Positions 37,817 through 52,836 of a DNA stretch of 64,000 nucleotides are shown here, in pieces (the stretch's first letter is position 1; each line of letters begins with the position of its first letter). A program made the translations under genes and the position numbers. The notes under the pieces were generated by a model. The model worked only from the letters and a program-made list of their open reading frames with translations. It was not told the DNA's origin and did not search any database. Origin of the DNA: Octopus vulgaris (Eukaryota); contig OX597831.1 in assembly GCA_951406725.2 (NCBI GenBank), positions 25,172,001 to 25,236,000 on the forward strand, written 5' to 3'.

Positions 37817-38134
37817 GAGAGAGAGAACAGTGCATGCCATTAAAGTGACACTGGGTTAAAATATACAAAGCCTAGTATACCCATCATGACTACCTGTATG
37901 ATAAGGGTACACTAGGCACATGCATCACAACCCATGTTTCCAAAGGGGAATTATTCAAACCCCAAAGAATCCCTCTGAGCATGATGCTTCCCCATAGCTT
38001 CTGCTCGTGATCAGAGATGCACATATCGTCAGCCACTAAGGGACATGGTCAACTGGTTAAGGTCAAGTAACTGACAAGCAAATCTGTAGTATTGAGCAGA
38101 ATATTTGTTGTAGCCCAGCTTTTATACCAAGACA
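37817..38134. mobile_element. Family F interspersed repeat flanked by (ATT)n on both sides
   Basis: Homology to 32161-32454; ATT tracts at 37802-37816 and 38134-38160. Confidence 0.75.
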
Positions 38135-38600
38135 TTATTATTATTATTATTATTATTATTTCTAATTTTTAAGATGTGGCCAGCAACTTTGAGGGCATTG
38201 GAAAGTCCATTACATTGATCCCAGTACTTAAGAGATACATATTTCATCAATCCCAAATGGATGACAGGCAAAGTGAAATTCTCAACCATAGAGCAAAGCC
38301 TGTGCCTGTGTGTGCATCTGTGCACATTTGTGTATATGCATGATGTGTACATTTGTGCAACATCTTCCATTCAGTTTATTTCCACCAAGTTCTTCAAACT
38401 ACATTGTCCTTAATTTGAGGCTACATTGGGAGGCATTTGCCCAAGGTGTCATGTAGTGGTACCCAACCCAGAGTCCCATTGTTGCCAAGCAAACATCTTA
38501 AACACACAGCTATGACAACACTTACATTTTTTTTTTACTGCTTTTTTTATTTTTCCCTTCCTTTTCAAAAGAAAATCCTATTTCGACAAAATTATATTAA

Positions 38601-38678
<78 letters not shown>

Positions 38679-38875
38679 GAAGGATAATAATAAATAAAAA
38701 GAGAAATATCCTTGTCTTCGGATAATGTCGTCTATCTTCTATTTTCCAATGAACATCAATCAATATTCTGTGAGAAATTCTTATAAATTGGAAGACACTT
38801 TTTCAGAAAGTGATTTGAGAGGGGACATCACCCACCTTTGCAGCCACTACAGCACCCTGCATCATCATCATCATT

Positions 38876-38906
<31 letters not shown>

Positions 38907-39336
38907 ACAAGAACAACAACACTATCTACAATGTTCATTGAATCAATTTGACATTTTTTATTAGCATAAATGATGAAAAAAAGTTACAAATGCACGCATG
39001 CACGTATGCTCACACAGCACACACATTAGAGTCATATCTCTAATATAACATATTTGTTAGAGAAGACATTATCTATATATACTTTATACACACAAACACA
39101 CATACATACATATATATATATATATTAAAGCTGAAACCATAAAGATTTCCAATAGAGCAGCTGATGATGGGATGTCTGTGCTTACTTAGATAATTTTGTT
39201 TTTAAGTTTTTATGTGATCTTTATGTAATTATATGTTCCTATTTTTATTCATGCGGCTGTACTTTTTAAAATTATTTTCATACTTTTGTGGGGTTTTTTT
39301 TTTACACCATTTCAATATTATCCCCAATGAAAAAAT

Positions 39337-39545
39337 GGCAAGCCAGCAGAGTTGTTAGCATGTCAGGTAAAATGTTTGCAGAATTTCATCCAGCTTCTAC
39401 TGAGTTCAAATCGTGTCGAGGTCAGCTTAGCTCTTCGTTCTTTCAGGGTTGATAAAATAAGTACCATTTGAGTACTGGGGTCAATATAATTGACTTAACC
39501 TCTTCCTCTGAAATTGCTAACCTTGTGCCAAATTTTGAAACCAAT
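39337..39545 (+). mobile_element. Diverged family B-related SINE
   Basis: CTGAGTTCAAATCGTGTCGAGGTCAGC...GGGTTGATAAAATAAGTACC. Confidence 0.72.
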
Positions 39546-39820
39546 ATCATCTCCAATGTTAATTCTAGTTGTCTGGTATGGGTGTTGGTTTCGTTTTAAC
39601 TCTTTCTGCTTTTTATTTTTGTTTATGATATATTTAATTAGCTTAAATTAAGATTATAGTTTATTAGTGTCAGTTCCTCAGGATTTTGGTTATTACATGA
39701 TTAAATGGATTAGGTATTAAACTAGTAAGTAAATTATACTGAATTTGTAAAATATATATAAATATTTTCTTATCTTTCTTCCTCTTCCCTCTATGTATAT
39801 GTATACACACACACAGCGAC

Positions 39821-39867
<47 letters not shown>

Positions 39868-39891
39868 CTTTTATTAAAACTGAAAAAATCT

Positions 39892-39941
39892 TCACAACTC
39901 TTACTCAGTGTTTCACATTACCATTTATCAGACAGTTGTGA
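39892..39941 (-). ncRNA. Hammerhead ribozyme motif, decayed (left member of inverted pair)
   Basis: Minus strand: UCACAACUGU-CUGAUAA-AUG-GUAA-UGU-GAAAC-ACUGA-GUA-AGAGUUGUGA; 10-bp stem I with one mismatch; one core G-to-A change. Confidence 0.6.
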
Positions 39942-39944
39942 GTA

Positions 39945-39993
39945 TCACAAATATCTGACGAATGGTAATGTGAAACAGAGTAACAGTTTGTGA
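39945..39993 (+). ncRNA. Hammerhead ribozyme motif (right member of inverted pair)
   Basis: UCACAAAUAU-CUGACGA-AUG-GUAA-UGU-GAAAC-AGA-GUA-ACAGUUUGUGA; intact CUGANGA and GAAA core, GUA triplet, imperfect stem I. Confidence 0.68.
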
Positions 39994-40663
39994 AGACCTG
40001 TTTGGCTTTAGCATATTACTCTATCTTTGGTACTTGAGTATTATTTTTTCTACCTCGTCTACATATTTGTTTGTGCATATATCTATGTGCTTACACATGT
40101 ACACACACACACATATATAATCAATCAATTCACAATGAGATTGAACCTGGAACTATGTCACTAATAAACAAATGCAGTACTTGGAGATGTAACAAACTAT
40201 CTCAGTAGTAATCTTGAGAAACTAATCTCCAAAAAACTGGCTAAGCACATGGCTAGTTAGAAAGCTACAGCTACAAACAGTAAAAGCAAAGTGAAAATGT
40301 GTGAAACATTCCTGAAGTTTAGCTTGTAAAAGTGCACGAGTCATATGTACACATGCAGACATGCATGTGTGTGTACACATGTAGGAGCTAAGATGTGCAA
40401 ATTTACACATGCAATAACATCCATCTCTGCACGCATGCATTTGTGTACAAATACATATGCCAATGGTTTCTAAATTCCACTGGAAGAGCTTTGTTACTGA
40501 TCTAGAAATTGGCTCTTTGTCCATTTTTTGGGAAACTTGAACATAATGTAAGAACATACATAGATATGTGTGCGTGTGTGTGTGTGTGCGTGTGTGTGTG
40601 TGCTTATGCATATATATGCACATATATATACATAACATAAATAAATATATACATACATATATG

Positions 40664-40695
<32 letters not shown>

Positions 40696-40769
40696 ACACA
40701 CATATATAGATACATGCACAAACAAATATGTAGATGTATGTGCCTACATAAATTTATACAAATATATAC

Positions 40770-40806
40770 TTATATATATGCATATACACGCACACACACA
40801 TATATA

Positions 40807-40856
<50 letters not shown>

Positions 40857-40873
40857 CATACATATATATATAC

Positions 40874-40918
<45 letters not shown>

Positions 40919-40976
40919 CATACATACATACATACATACATACATACATACATACATACATACATACATACATACA

Positions 40977-41026
<50 letters not shown>
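40770..41026. repeat. Compound (TA)/(TACA)n microsatellite
   Basis: Direct reading. Confidence 0.95.
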
Positions 41027-41411
41027 CTGATAGACAGATAGATAGGTATAGAAAAATGTGTGTATGTGTTTTCAGAGACACACACATATACACATAGACA
41101 AATATAAGCATAGACATGCAGTCATTCACACAGACACATACATTCATCAGTAGACACATACAAAGTCAAACACATTAATATGCACACCTCCTCCCTTAAC
41201 TAAACGCCACATATTTATATAATTTGTCTTTTAACCTATCAATAACATCAAAGAAAGTTATCAATAAATACTACCAGCTTCACCCACCATCAGCACCACC
41301 ATCACCAGCATCCCTATCGCCACCACCACCTGCATTATAACGTCAATACCTGGCACCAATTGACTATTTCAATCTTTTATGTCATAATTTAACCTGACTA
41401 AACATTGAGTA

Positions 41412-41455
<44 letters not shown>

Positions 41456-41457
41456 CC

Positions 41458-41543
<86 letters not shown>

Positions 41544-41685
41544 AATATTATATATATTTATATCTACATACATGCATATATTACATATGTATATATATAT
41601 ACATATATACACACACATCATATATATATGTATATATACATATTTATACTTACATATATATATATGCATATATTTATACGTATAT

Positions 41686-41717
<32 letters not shown>

Positions 41718-41806
41718 TCATGTATACATGTATATATATATTTATATAAATATATTCATATATACACACATATATATATGTATATATACATATTTATATT
41801 TACATA

Positions 41807-41839
<33 letters not shown>

Positions 41840-41868
41840 GTAAATAAACTCTGTGTGTGTATATATGC

Positions 41869-41920
<52 letters not shown>

Positions 41921-42751
41921 TATATAATATGTGTGTATGTGCACACACATACTTTCACATATCTTTTATTAAAAAAATATATATATGTGACCCTCATAAA
42001 AATCAAATGTTAAATACAGTTTACTCTCATATTCACAGTGTTACTTTATTGAGTTGTGGCTTTTACCGAAACTCTTTGATAATTTTCATTTGACAAACTG
42101 CTTGTCTGAATTTTTTGGTTCTTTCTTTGAATCATGACTTTCTGTGTTGTTGTCTTTATTGTTGTTGTTGTTGTTAGTCTTGTGTCTGTGCTACAACAGT
42201 GTTGATGAAGTCATACAGGTCTGTTAGATTTGTGGTTTCGTGGATAGAAATTGTGTTGTTAGGCTGGAGCCAGAGTTATTACAGTTGTGCTCTTGTTAGC
42301 TTATCAGTTGTGATATTTGTTGAAGATGTTGTTAGATTTGTGGCATTGTTAGCAGATCTGTAGTGTTGTTTGTCTTTTTCTCATGTTGTTAGTCTTATCC
42401 TGATGGTGTTAAGAGATGTGCTGGTGGTAGGTAAATGTTGTTATCATATGGTCGTGTGGCTTACCTGTAAATTTTCTACTAGTTGTTGTCATTTTATTTA
42501 TTCCTTTTCTTTCTCCTTGTCTTTCTCCCACACCATGTTCATATTTTTCCTACTCTACTACTACCATTATTACTACTAGCACCACCACCACTACTACTAC
42601 TACTGCTACTACTACCGCTTCCACTACTACTACTACTACTTCAATACCTTTTGGGTAGAATTGGAATTTGGTACACAGAAATTTGGTATATATATATATA
42701 TTTGGTATATATATATATACATACATATATCTATATCTATCTATCTATTTA

Positions 42752-42792
<41 letters not shown>

Positions 42793-43003
42793 ATATGCAA
42801 CACACAAATACTTTGTGAAGAACTGTTTTTATAGAATTAATGTTGCCCATGGAAGAAATATTATTTTTTTTTAGTCTAGAACCATTTGGTGTGTTATCAG
42901 TGAAATTTATCATAGAAAGTCATAGATAAATATGTAGAAAGACAGACAGACAGACGATGCTATATGTCATATATGTAATGTATTATATATGTCCATTGAT
43001 ATA

Positions 43004-43037
<34 letters not shown>

Positions 43038-43564
43038 CAGGCACACATATATGTGCCTATGTAAGATAGGCAGATTGAGAATGAGATTACAGAGATAGAT
43101 AAATACATCTAGAGATAAGTAAGGGAGGTAAAAACATTGTTTAAATGGTTAAACAGCAGTGACCTGCTAGCCATCTGACATGACTAAGTGAATTATAGTT
43201 TTACTGTAAAGGTTTTAAGTAGAACAAGGTATTATTGATTGCATTAGTTTAATCTGTTTAAAATTGTCGAATTCCACTTTGGCGTGATCCATAGTATTGA
43301 TGTTATCAATAAATTCCATTATTTCAGGTCAGGAAAATTTGCATTCCCATCAAGATTCTTTATAACGTTTTCATGTTGTGTACAAGAAGGAGTGTAGAGG
43401 TTTGCCAAGACAATAGTACATCAGGCTAAGTGATTCGCAATAGTATTTCGTTTCGTGTAATTCAGTTTCCGAGTTGAAATTTTACCAGGGGAAGGTTTGT
43501 CTTTTATACCAGTGGTTGGGGAAAGGATAGAATGTGTAACAGGAATATCCTACAGTTGGTTTAA

Positions 43565-43625
<61 letters not shown>

Positions 43626-43842
43626 TATACATATATGTATATAGTTGCAGGTTCATGGGTGTGTAGTTAAGACATTAACTTCATAACCGTGTGGTTTTGA
43701 GTTCAGACCTCTGCATGGTACCTTGGGTTAATGCCTTCTATCAGCCCAACGAATTCCTTGTATGTGAATTTCTTAAAGGTATATGAAACCCACTGTGTGT
43801 TTCTTTACACACAAACACACACACACACTTACGTGTGTGTAT

Positions 43843-43934
<92 letters not shown>

Positions 43935-43957
43935 GTATATATATATGTGTGTGTATG

Positions 43958-43989
<32 letters not shown>

Positions 43990-44038
43990 TACTCTTTACT
44001 CTTTTACTTGTTTCAGTCATCCGTGAGGCATGCTGGGG

Positions 44039-44096
<58 letters not shown>

Positions 44097-44238
44097 ATTG
44101 AGATAGGGTTGTAAATGCAACCCTCCATGGGATAACATATATCCAATATACTGCTAGTGAAGTTTAACAAAGTTAATACATAAATGTTAAGGATTAATGC
44201 AATCAATTCATTTACTGTATTATATGGGCAAAGGTATC

Positions 44239-44311
<73 letters not shown>

Positions 44312-44409
44312 GCCTTCATTTATGTGGAAATTATGATTATTTACTTGTCACTGCTTCAGAGAAAAGCTGGTGATGCTCATATCTGTTGTTGATAGTATAT
44401 AATATAAGT

Positions 44410-44582
44410 TTCAAATTCTGGCACAAGGCTAGCAGTTTTGAGATAGGGGCCAAGTCAACTCAATCAACCCCAGTGCTTAACTGCTACTCATTTTATTAAC
44501 TACCAAAGGATGAAAGGCAGGTATCAACAATGGCAGAATTTGAACTCAGAATGTGTTAACAATTCTGCTGGCTCACCACCTT
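44410..44582 (-). mobile_element. Diverged family B-related SINE
   Basis: AAAGGATGAAAGGCAGG...GGCAGAATTTGAACTCAGAATG. Confidence 0.7.
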
Positions 44583-44799
44583 AGATAGTATATAATATTA
44601 ATAGCAATGAACTAATTGTATACAATGCTCACTCATGTGTCCTACAACTCATTGGAAAAGGGTAATAGAGGGGACAGAAAGGTGTAATCTTGTAAAGAAA
44701 TATGGCAATGATAACTAAATGTTCATCCACAATACACAGAATAAAATACAAAAACGACAGAAATTCAACAACAAGAGGGTCATAAAGAAGAAAGGTTAC

Positions 44800-44980
44800 A
44801 TAGGTATTTCAGTTGTGTTGGTGAATTTCAAGAAACATGGAGTTTTTTTATGGTTACAGTGTCCTGGCAGCTTATAACTGTGTAGAAATTTCTTTTCGTG
44901 CTTTGACAAATCTGAACATGAAAAATGTTTCCAAAATTCATGTGTACTGTGCTGTTTTTTGAATGTTGGCAATATAAGAA
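44800..44980 (-). pseudogene. Decayed CR1/L2-group LINE ORF2 C-terminal remnant
   Basis: Minus strand with frameshifts reads KKQHSTHEFWKHF/FMFRFVKA...VISCQDT, resembling the R..FF..RV...WN.LP..VV end of CR1-group ORF2. Confidence 0.45.
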
Positions 44981-45273
44981 GAGAATCCTCTAGAAATTCT
45001 GCCTCAGCAAATTATTTCTGACTCACACAGACATGGAAATATAAATGTTAAAACAATGTTGATGATAATCTTATGCTTTCTATCTCATGAAAGAACCGAT
45101 AACCTTCTTCAGAAAAGGAGAAAAATATGTTTCTTTTTTTTTCAGTCAAGCAGATTGGAGCCTGTAGGATGGGTAGTTTAGTCAGGGGCATACTAGAAAG
45201 ATATTTGTGAGATTTGAACTTGCAGCCATGGAGCTAATAAGGCTAGTTCTTTAACCTCACAACTGTTTCGTAT

Positions 45274-45681
45274 ACTCTCTTTACTCTTTTACTTGTTTCA
45301 GTCATTTGACTGTGGCCATGCTGGAGCACCGCCTTTTGTCGAGAAAATCAACCCCACGACTTATTCCTTGTAAGCCTAGTACTAATTCCATCAGTCTCTT
45401 TTGCCAAACCGCTAAGTTACAGGGACGTCAGCACAGCAGCATCGGTTGTCAAGCAATGTTGGGGAGACAAACACAGAAACAAAAACACACACACACACAC
45501 ATATATATACATATATACGACAGGCTTCTTACAGTTTCTGTCTACCAAATCCACTCACAAGGCTTTGGTCAGCCCGAGGCTATAGTAGAAGACACTTGCC
45601 CAAGGTTCCATGCAGTGGGACTGAACCCAGAGCCATGTGGTTGGCAAGCAAGCTACTTACCACACAGCCACTCCTGCACCT
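45274..45681 (-). mobile_element. Family A SINE
   Basis: Full colinear copy. Confidence 0.9.
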
Positions 45682-46907
45682 ATATACAGCACATACTTGA
45701 CCAAATGGTGTTGGTATTAGTTGTGATGGTGGTGTTATGGGGATAGTGATACTACTGACAGTGGCAGCAGCAGTGGTGGTGATGTGGGTGTTGCTGGTAG
45801 TGGCAATGGCATTGTGATCAATGCTGCTGGTAATGATGGTGATGATAGTGATGCTGTTGTGGACGACGATGGCGATGGTGATGGTACTAATTTCAATGTT
45901 GAATTAGTGACCATATTGATCACAATGGAATGCCAGACAGTCTTTCATAAGACGGGGCCACACACATACAATAGGTACCACCATGGTCATTTATGATTTC
46001 ATTATTGGTTTACCCTGTCTCGTCTTTTTTTTTTTTTTCTTTAATTAAACTTTACTGTAATTAACTTTCACTTCAGTAATGCCTTTGATAAAAAAAGAAG
46101 GTGTGGTCTTGCTAATTCATCTTTGGAACATAGAATTATTTCTATAGTCTGCTGGTCATTCCTGTAATTACATTGTTCTAAAGAGACTAATTTATCAACA
46201 TGTTACTGTACACAGTAACTTATGTACAGGAGATGATGCTTTAATTACAGATATTTATGTACCTGCAAGTGTGCATGAGTGTATGTACGTTGGTCCTGTG
46301 TGTTGTTAGATGTGTGTTGTTTGATGTACATGGCTTTGTTAAATATGTGGTGCTTTTAAATTTGAAGTGTTGTTGGACTTGTATATCAATTAGTCAAATT
46401 AGCTTAATTAGCCAAGTCTTCCATAAGAATTTCCCAACTATACTTCAAGTGCAGACCGTTTGTTTTCAATCACAGCCATAAATCAGTGTGACCCAAAATA
46501 AGGACAGCATAGTAATGGGTTAGAAACTGAATAATTTGTTTAGTAAGACACCCACCCACATCTTATATATTAGCTCTGTTGAAGTGGAAGCTATCAGGGG
46601 AAATAAAACAACAATAATAATAACAACAATAAATGCAGTCTTTTGAAGAATCCTACCTTAGTGCTAAATTGAAATTAATGATGTTTCTATGGAACTAACT
46701 TGGCTTCGCATCCTCCTCCACCGTTCCCAGTCCCTGCTGTCCCAACTCAAGAATTTTTCTTTCACCAATTCCAAAAGATTACAATCTTATTTTCTAGTTA
46801 ATCATTGCAGAATGTTCTTAGTTCTTCTCTCTTGGAAAAACATGCTGTATTTGCCAGATGACATAATTAGGAATCTAATGTGTGCTCTTGTCAGTGCCTG
46901 ATTGGAA

Positions 46908-46952
46908 ATACATACATATATATATATATACACATATATATATATATATATG

Positions 46953-47007
<55 letters not shown>

Positions 47008-47055
47008 TATATACATATATATATATACTATATATATACATATATATATATATAG

Positions 47056-47096
<41 letters not shown>

Positions 47097-47223
47097 TTAT
47101 ATATAGTATATATACATATATATACTAACATATATATATATGATAGATATACATATATATATATATATAATTATGCATATATATATACACACACACACAC
47201 ACACATAGAAGCATATAAATACA

Positions 47224-47270
<47 letters not shown>

Positions 47271-47386
47271 GTATATATACACATATATATACGTGTATAC
47301 ATATATATATACATATGTATATATACACACACATATACATCTATACATACACATACATATACATATATGCAAACATATACATATAA

Positions 47387-47424
<38 letters not shown>

Positions 47425-47425
47425 T
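46908..47425. repeat. Compound (TA)/(CA) microsatellite field
   Basis: Direct reading. Confidence 0.95.
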
Positions 47426-47864
47426 TGCATAGTGTGTATAGATATACACATGTGTGAGTAAATAGATTTGGAACTGTCTTTATGACAGTTTACAAAAATT
47501 GTACATTAAATGATTGATACATGTGTGTGTGTGTATGTATGTGTGAGGATGTGTGAGTGTTAGTGTAACAGTTTGTGTGCGTATGCATATGTATGGTTAA
47601 GCACGTGTTAGTAAGTTTGTAAGAGTGTGAAAATACATGTGTATCTATTTTCATGATAACATTAAAAAAAAACAAATTGATCATTAAAATAAAAACGTGT
47701 GTATGTCTGTACAAATATATGCATTTCGGATTAATTGAATGAATGTGTGTGATATCCTTATCCACAGCCATGTATGTATTTTTCCCACAGTCTCTGTCTA
47801 CCTCTACATTTATACACACACACACACACATATATTCCATATAGACACATGCACACACACATTC

Positions 47865-47937
<73 letters not shown>

Positions 47938-48020
47938 GTGTGTGTATGTATATGTGTATATATGTACAAATGTAAATATATATGTGTGTGTATATATATA
48001 TATATATGCACACAAGCATA

Positions 48021-48240
<220 letters not shown>

Positions 48241-48736
48241 CATACCTGTGTGTATGTGTGTGTGTATATCTATACGTACACACACACATACACATGTAGA
48301 AACACGCAAACACATAAACACGTTTACATAAATGATTGTTTTCTTTTCAGGCAAACTGTTTAATATTCTATGGGAGCACAACAACGATAACAATTCAAAT
48401 AAACTAAGATAATGAAAATATGTTCGCTTCCTTATTCTCCTACCACTCTCTCACTCCCCCCTCACTATCGCATACATACACACAAACTTATATATATATA
48501 TATATATATCTGTGTGTGTGATTGTTCAATTAAATACTTTTCTGCAACTCATCACCAGCCAGCAATCCTTTTTTGACAGTTTTAAACATGATGCGATTGC
48601 CTGTTTGACTGTTTATACATGTTTGTATGTTGATGTGTATACATGTGGTTCACAGTCAGCGTACTATATATATATGTTTGCAGTTCTCTCATCTCAGTCT
48701 TGGTTCCTAACTCTCTTACGTAATAGCGAAATTCAG

Positions 48737-48770
<34 letters not shown>

Positions 48771-48853
48771 TTGTGTGTGTGTGTATACACACATATAAAT
48801 AAGCATATATATATATATATATATACACTCACACACATACATAAGCATATATA

Positions 48854-48911
<58 letters not shown>

Positions 48912-48978
48912 TATATGTGTGTATATATATATATACAGTATATATATATATATATACACACATATATATACATATACG

Positions 48979-49011
<33 letters not shown>

Positions 49012-49148
49012 GCATATATGTATGTGAACGTATACACACACGCACACACATGCACACATAATATATATGTGTGTATGTATGAAGTAATATTAGATATTAT
49101 AGACTCTAACCTGTATCCTGAAACATGAAACAACCCTGTCCTTTCCTT

Positions 49149-49225
<77 letters not shown>

Positions 49226-49312
49226 ATGATTAATTGCATGAAAAATATGAGGAAATTTGTTTGCAACTTCAAACATGTTTCATTATGTTACGTGTTAATT
49301 GAGTAATTATGC

Positions 49313-49343
<31 letters not shown>

Positions 49344-49624
49344 GTTGTCATCTTTCTCATTATTTTGTACTTGTTGTTGCTGTAGTAATGTTTGTAATAG
49401 TTGTTGTTGTTGTTATTGATATGAAGAGTTTGCCATTTCTTTAGTGTTTGCCATTGACAGAGCACAACATGAATGTAATGACATGGTGTTCTAACTGCTG
49501 TCAGCATCAAATGATTTCTCTTCTTATATCCAGTATGAAGCCAAAAAAAAAAAAAAAAACAGAAATAAAAACAGAAAACGAAAGTGCTGGATTGTACTGT
49601 GTTTGTATGTTATGTATGATTTAT

Positions 49625-49961
49625 AACACTGCAGTTATGATACCCGTGATGGTGGCATGTAAAAAAGCACCATCCAAAGTGGTTGATGCCAGCACAGCCT
49701 GACCGGCGTCCGTGTCGGTGACGTGTAAAAAGCATCAACCGATCGTGGCGCCGTTTGCCAGCCTCTTCTGGCCCCTGTGCCGGTGGCATGTAAAAAGCAC
49801 CCACTACACTCTCAGAGTGGTTGGTGTTAGGAAGGGCATCCAGCTGTAGAAACATAGCCTGTAGATCATAGCCTGGTGCAGCATCCTGGCTTCCCAGACC
49901 CCGGTTGAACCATTCAACCTATGCTAGTATGGAAAACAGACGTTAAATAATGATGATGATG
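49625..49961 (+). mobile_element. Family C RTE 3' UTR with three hairpin units
   Basis: GGTGGCATGTAAAAA(A)GCACC-type unit three times; GGAAGGGCATCCAGCTGTAGAAAC; GACGTTAAATAATGATGATGATG tail. Confidence 0.8.
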
Positions 49962-50322
49962 GTGAGTAGAAGGATGACCCAGGGATGGATACAGAACACA
50001 AAAGCTCTACAGTTCTAAGCTGGTATGTACAGGATAAGTATCTGTACATATACAAGACATATATGATATTACTGACCTTATAGAGGTTCACACAACATTC
50101 TGAGAGTCGTGCCAGGCAGTTCACCTGCTGATAGTGAAGGACACCCTATCCATTGACTGTAATGATCTTGTCCACCTACTGGCTTTAGAGGACACCCCAG
50201 CAACTGATTAAGTGGGATACCCCAGCAATTGTTAATGTGAGAGGAGACCACAGCTACTCATAGTGAAGGATACACCTATTGCAGATAGCAGATGACACCC
50301 CAGTGAAATGTACCTTAGTTGT

Positions 50323-50590
50323 AGGCATAGGAGTGGCTGTGTGGTAAGTAGCTTGCCCACTGCATGGCACCTTGGACAAGTGTCTTCTACTATAGCCTCG
50401 GGCCAACCAAAGCCTTGCGAGTGGATTTGGTAGACGGAAACTGAAAGAAGCCCATCGTGTATATGCATATATATATGTATGTGTATATGTTTGTGTGTCT
50501 ATGTTTGTCCCCCCCAACATCGCTTGACAACCGATACTTGTGTGGTTATGTCCCCGTAACTTAGCAGTTCGGCAAAAGAGACCGATATAA
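50323..50590 (+). mobile_element. Family A SINE, 3'-truncated and with B-box deletion
   Basis: AGGCATAGGAGTGGCTGTGTGGTAAG head to GGCAAAAGAGACCGATA. Confidence 0.85.
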
Positions 50591-50596
50591 TGAGTA

Positions 50597-50857
50597 GTGA
50601 GTTCAATTCTCGGACCAGGCTGTGTTGTGTTCTTGAGGAAAACACTTTATGTCACATTGCTCCAGTTAACTCAGCTGTAGAAATGAGTTGCAATGTCACT
50701 GATGCCAAGTTGTATCGGCCCTTGCATTTCCACTGGATAACATCGGCGGCATGGAGAGGGGAGGATTGTCTTCCATAAACAACCTTGCCTGGACTTGTGC
50801 CTCGAAGGGTAACTTCCTAGGTGTAATCCCATGGTCATTCATGACTGAAGGAGGCCT
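50597..50857 (+). mobile_element. CORE-like SINE with family E tail
   Basis: GAGTTCAATTC B-box-like, TGTGTTCTTGAGGAAAACACTT...CTCCAGTTAACTCAGCTG, tail CCCATGGTCATTCATGACTGAAGG. Confidence 0.75.
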
Positions 50858-51910
50858 CCTCCTTTCTATCATCTATCACCGCCTGACCAACGTACCTCGT
50901 TCCACTTCTCATTTGACCAGAAAAGAGTGTCTGTTTCTTTTTCTGTGCATTCAACTCCATGCTTATTCTGTTACAGCTGTGTACATAACCTGAGTTAAAC
51001 TTTGCCTTTCTAGCTTTTAAGGTCAATAAAATAGAGTGTCAGCCAAGATCTGGTGCTGACATATTCAGCTGTTTCCCCCTTTCCATAAAATTTCAGATCT
51101 TGGTGCCTAGGTTAGAAATCTTCATATATTCTAGAAATACAAATAGAAATATTACTAGTTTAACATTAGCTTTTTCTTTTCCATGCTTCAACTCACTTAT
51201 ATATTTTGTATATGTATATACTTTATTGTACAGTCCTATTACTTACACACACACAGACCCTCTTTCTCTCTCTGCTTCTCCTTCGTTTATAATCCTTCCT
51301 GCTCTTCTCTTCAATCACCAATTTATGCATCCAGAAAGGAGTTTTTGTTATGATCACACCCCCCCCCCCGTCAACATTTTTTTTTTTTTAAAGTGAAACA
51401 CTTTTTATATTTATTGATCAGAAACAAACTTCCATCAACTACCTCTCTTTCTCTCCCCAACTCCCTCATTTACTTATTCCTTTTTTCTTTTTCTCTCTCT
51501 CTCAATCTCTCCCCAATCTTTGCCTCCTACCCTCTTTCTCTCTCTCTCTCTATCTATCACCTTGCTTTTCGCTTCAGATTAGTTCTTTAGCTGATCTCTC
51601 TCAGTGTGTGTGTGTGTCTATATATAACGACGGTGGTGGTGGTGGTGTGAGTATATTTACCACAGTAAATACACACGGTGAAGTACTCCACTTATATAAG
51701 AACGTCTTTGTGTGTGTGTGTGTGTTTGCTGTGTGCATGTGTCTGTGTAAGGAAGATTTTGTGTATGGGGGAGAATGCTGTGTGGTGTGGGAATAGGGAG
51801 GTCTTAAGGTAGGCTTGCTTCTATGTAAATACATGATCAAGTACTGTTTTCTCATAGGGTTATGTTTTTGTGTGAGCATGTGCATATGTAGTATGTACAT
51901 GCACATTGTT

Positions 51911-51955
<45 letters not shown>

Positions 51956-51992
51956 GTATATATATATATATGTATATATATATGTATGTATA

Positions 51993-52019
<27 letters not shown>

Positions 52020-52024
<5 letters not shown>

Positions 52025-52196
52025 CATATATGTATATGTATATACATTTACATATATATATATATATATATATACATATATGTATATGTATATATATAAA
52101 TTTACATATATATATATACATATATGTATATGTATATATATAAATTTACATATATATATATATATATACATATATGTATATGTATATATATAAATT

Positions 52197-52215
<19 letters not shown>
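52020..52215. repeat. Minisatellite of 44-54-bp units built from TA repeats (CATATATGTATATGTATATATA..AATTTACA), about four copies
   Basis: ATTTACATATA anchor recurs at about 52046, 52100, 52144 and 52194. Confidence 0.8.
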
Positions 52216-52230
<15 letters not shown>

Positions 52231-52231
52231 G

Positions 52232-52278
<47 letters not shown>

Positions 52279-52512
52279 CACACACATCTTTTTGTGTGTG
52301 GAAAGCTGGGTAGTGCTTAGGAAGGAGTTTACCAATCTGCAAATGCTTATTGAACTGCATTGCATTCAGGGAGACATGGATGCGTGTATTTATGTAGAGG
52401 CATGTGTATGTGAGTGTGTGATTTCTGATGGAAAAGGTTTATTAATCTGTAAATATTTGCCATGTGCGCTTCCTTTACATAAGCACTTGTGAGTTTCTCT
52501 AAGTATGCATGC

Positions 52513-52554
<42 letters not shown>

Positions 52555-52556
52555 AG

Positions 52557-52588
<32 letters not shown>

Positions 52589-52791
52589 GTATATATACAC
52601 ACACATATATATATGTCTGTATAATGTAATGTTTGTGTGATGTGAGGTGGTGGACGTGGAGTGAAGATAGCTTTACCAATTTGTATATACACATCAAAGT
52701 GTTTCACTTTCATTGAGACACGTATCAGCATCCCTATTTATATGTATATATGTATGAGTGTGTGTGTATGGACGTATGTATGTATGCATGC

Positions 52792-52836
<45 letters not shown>

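Noticed and set aside
48351-48412. Strong acceptor TTTTCTTTTCAG followed by a short open frame (KLFNILWEH...)
   Set aside because: Such sites are common in AT-rich DNA; only about 20 codons and no supporting exons
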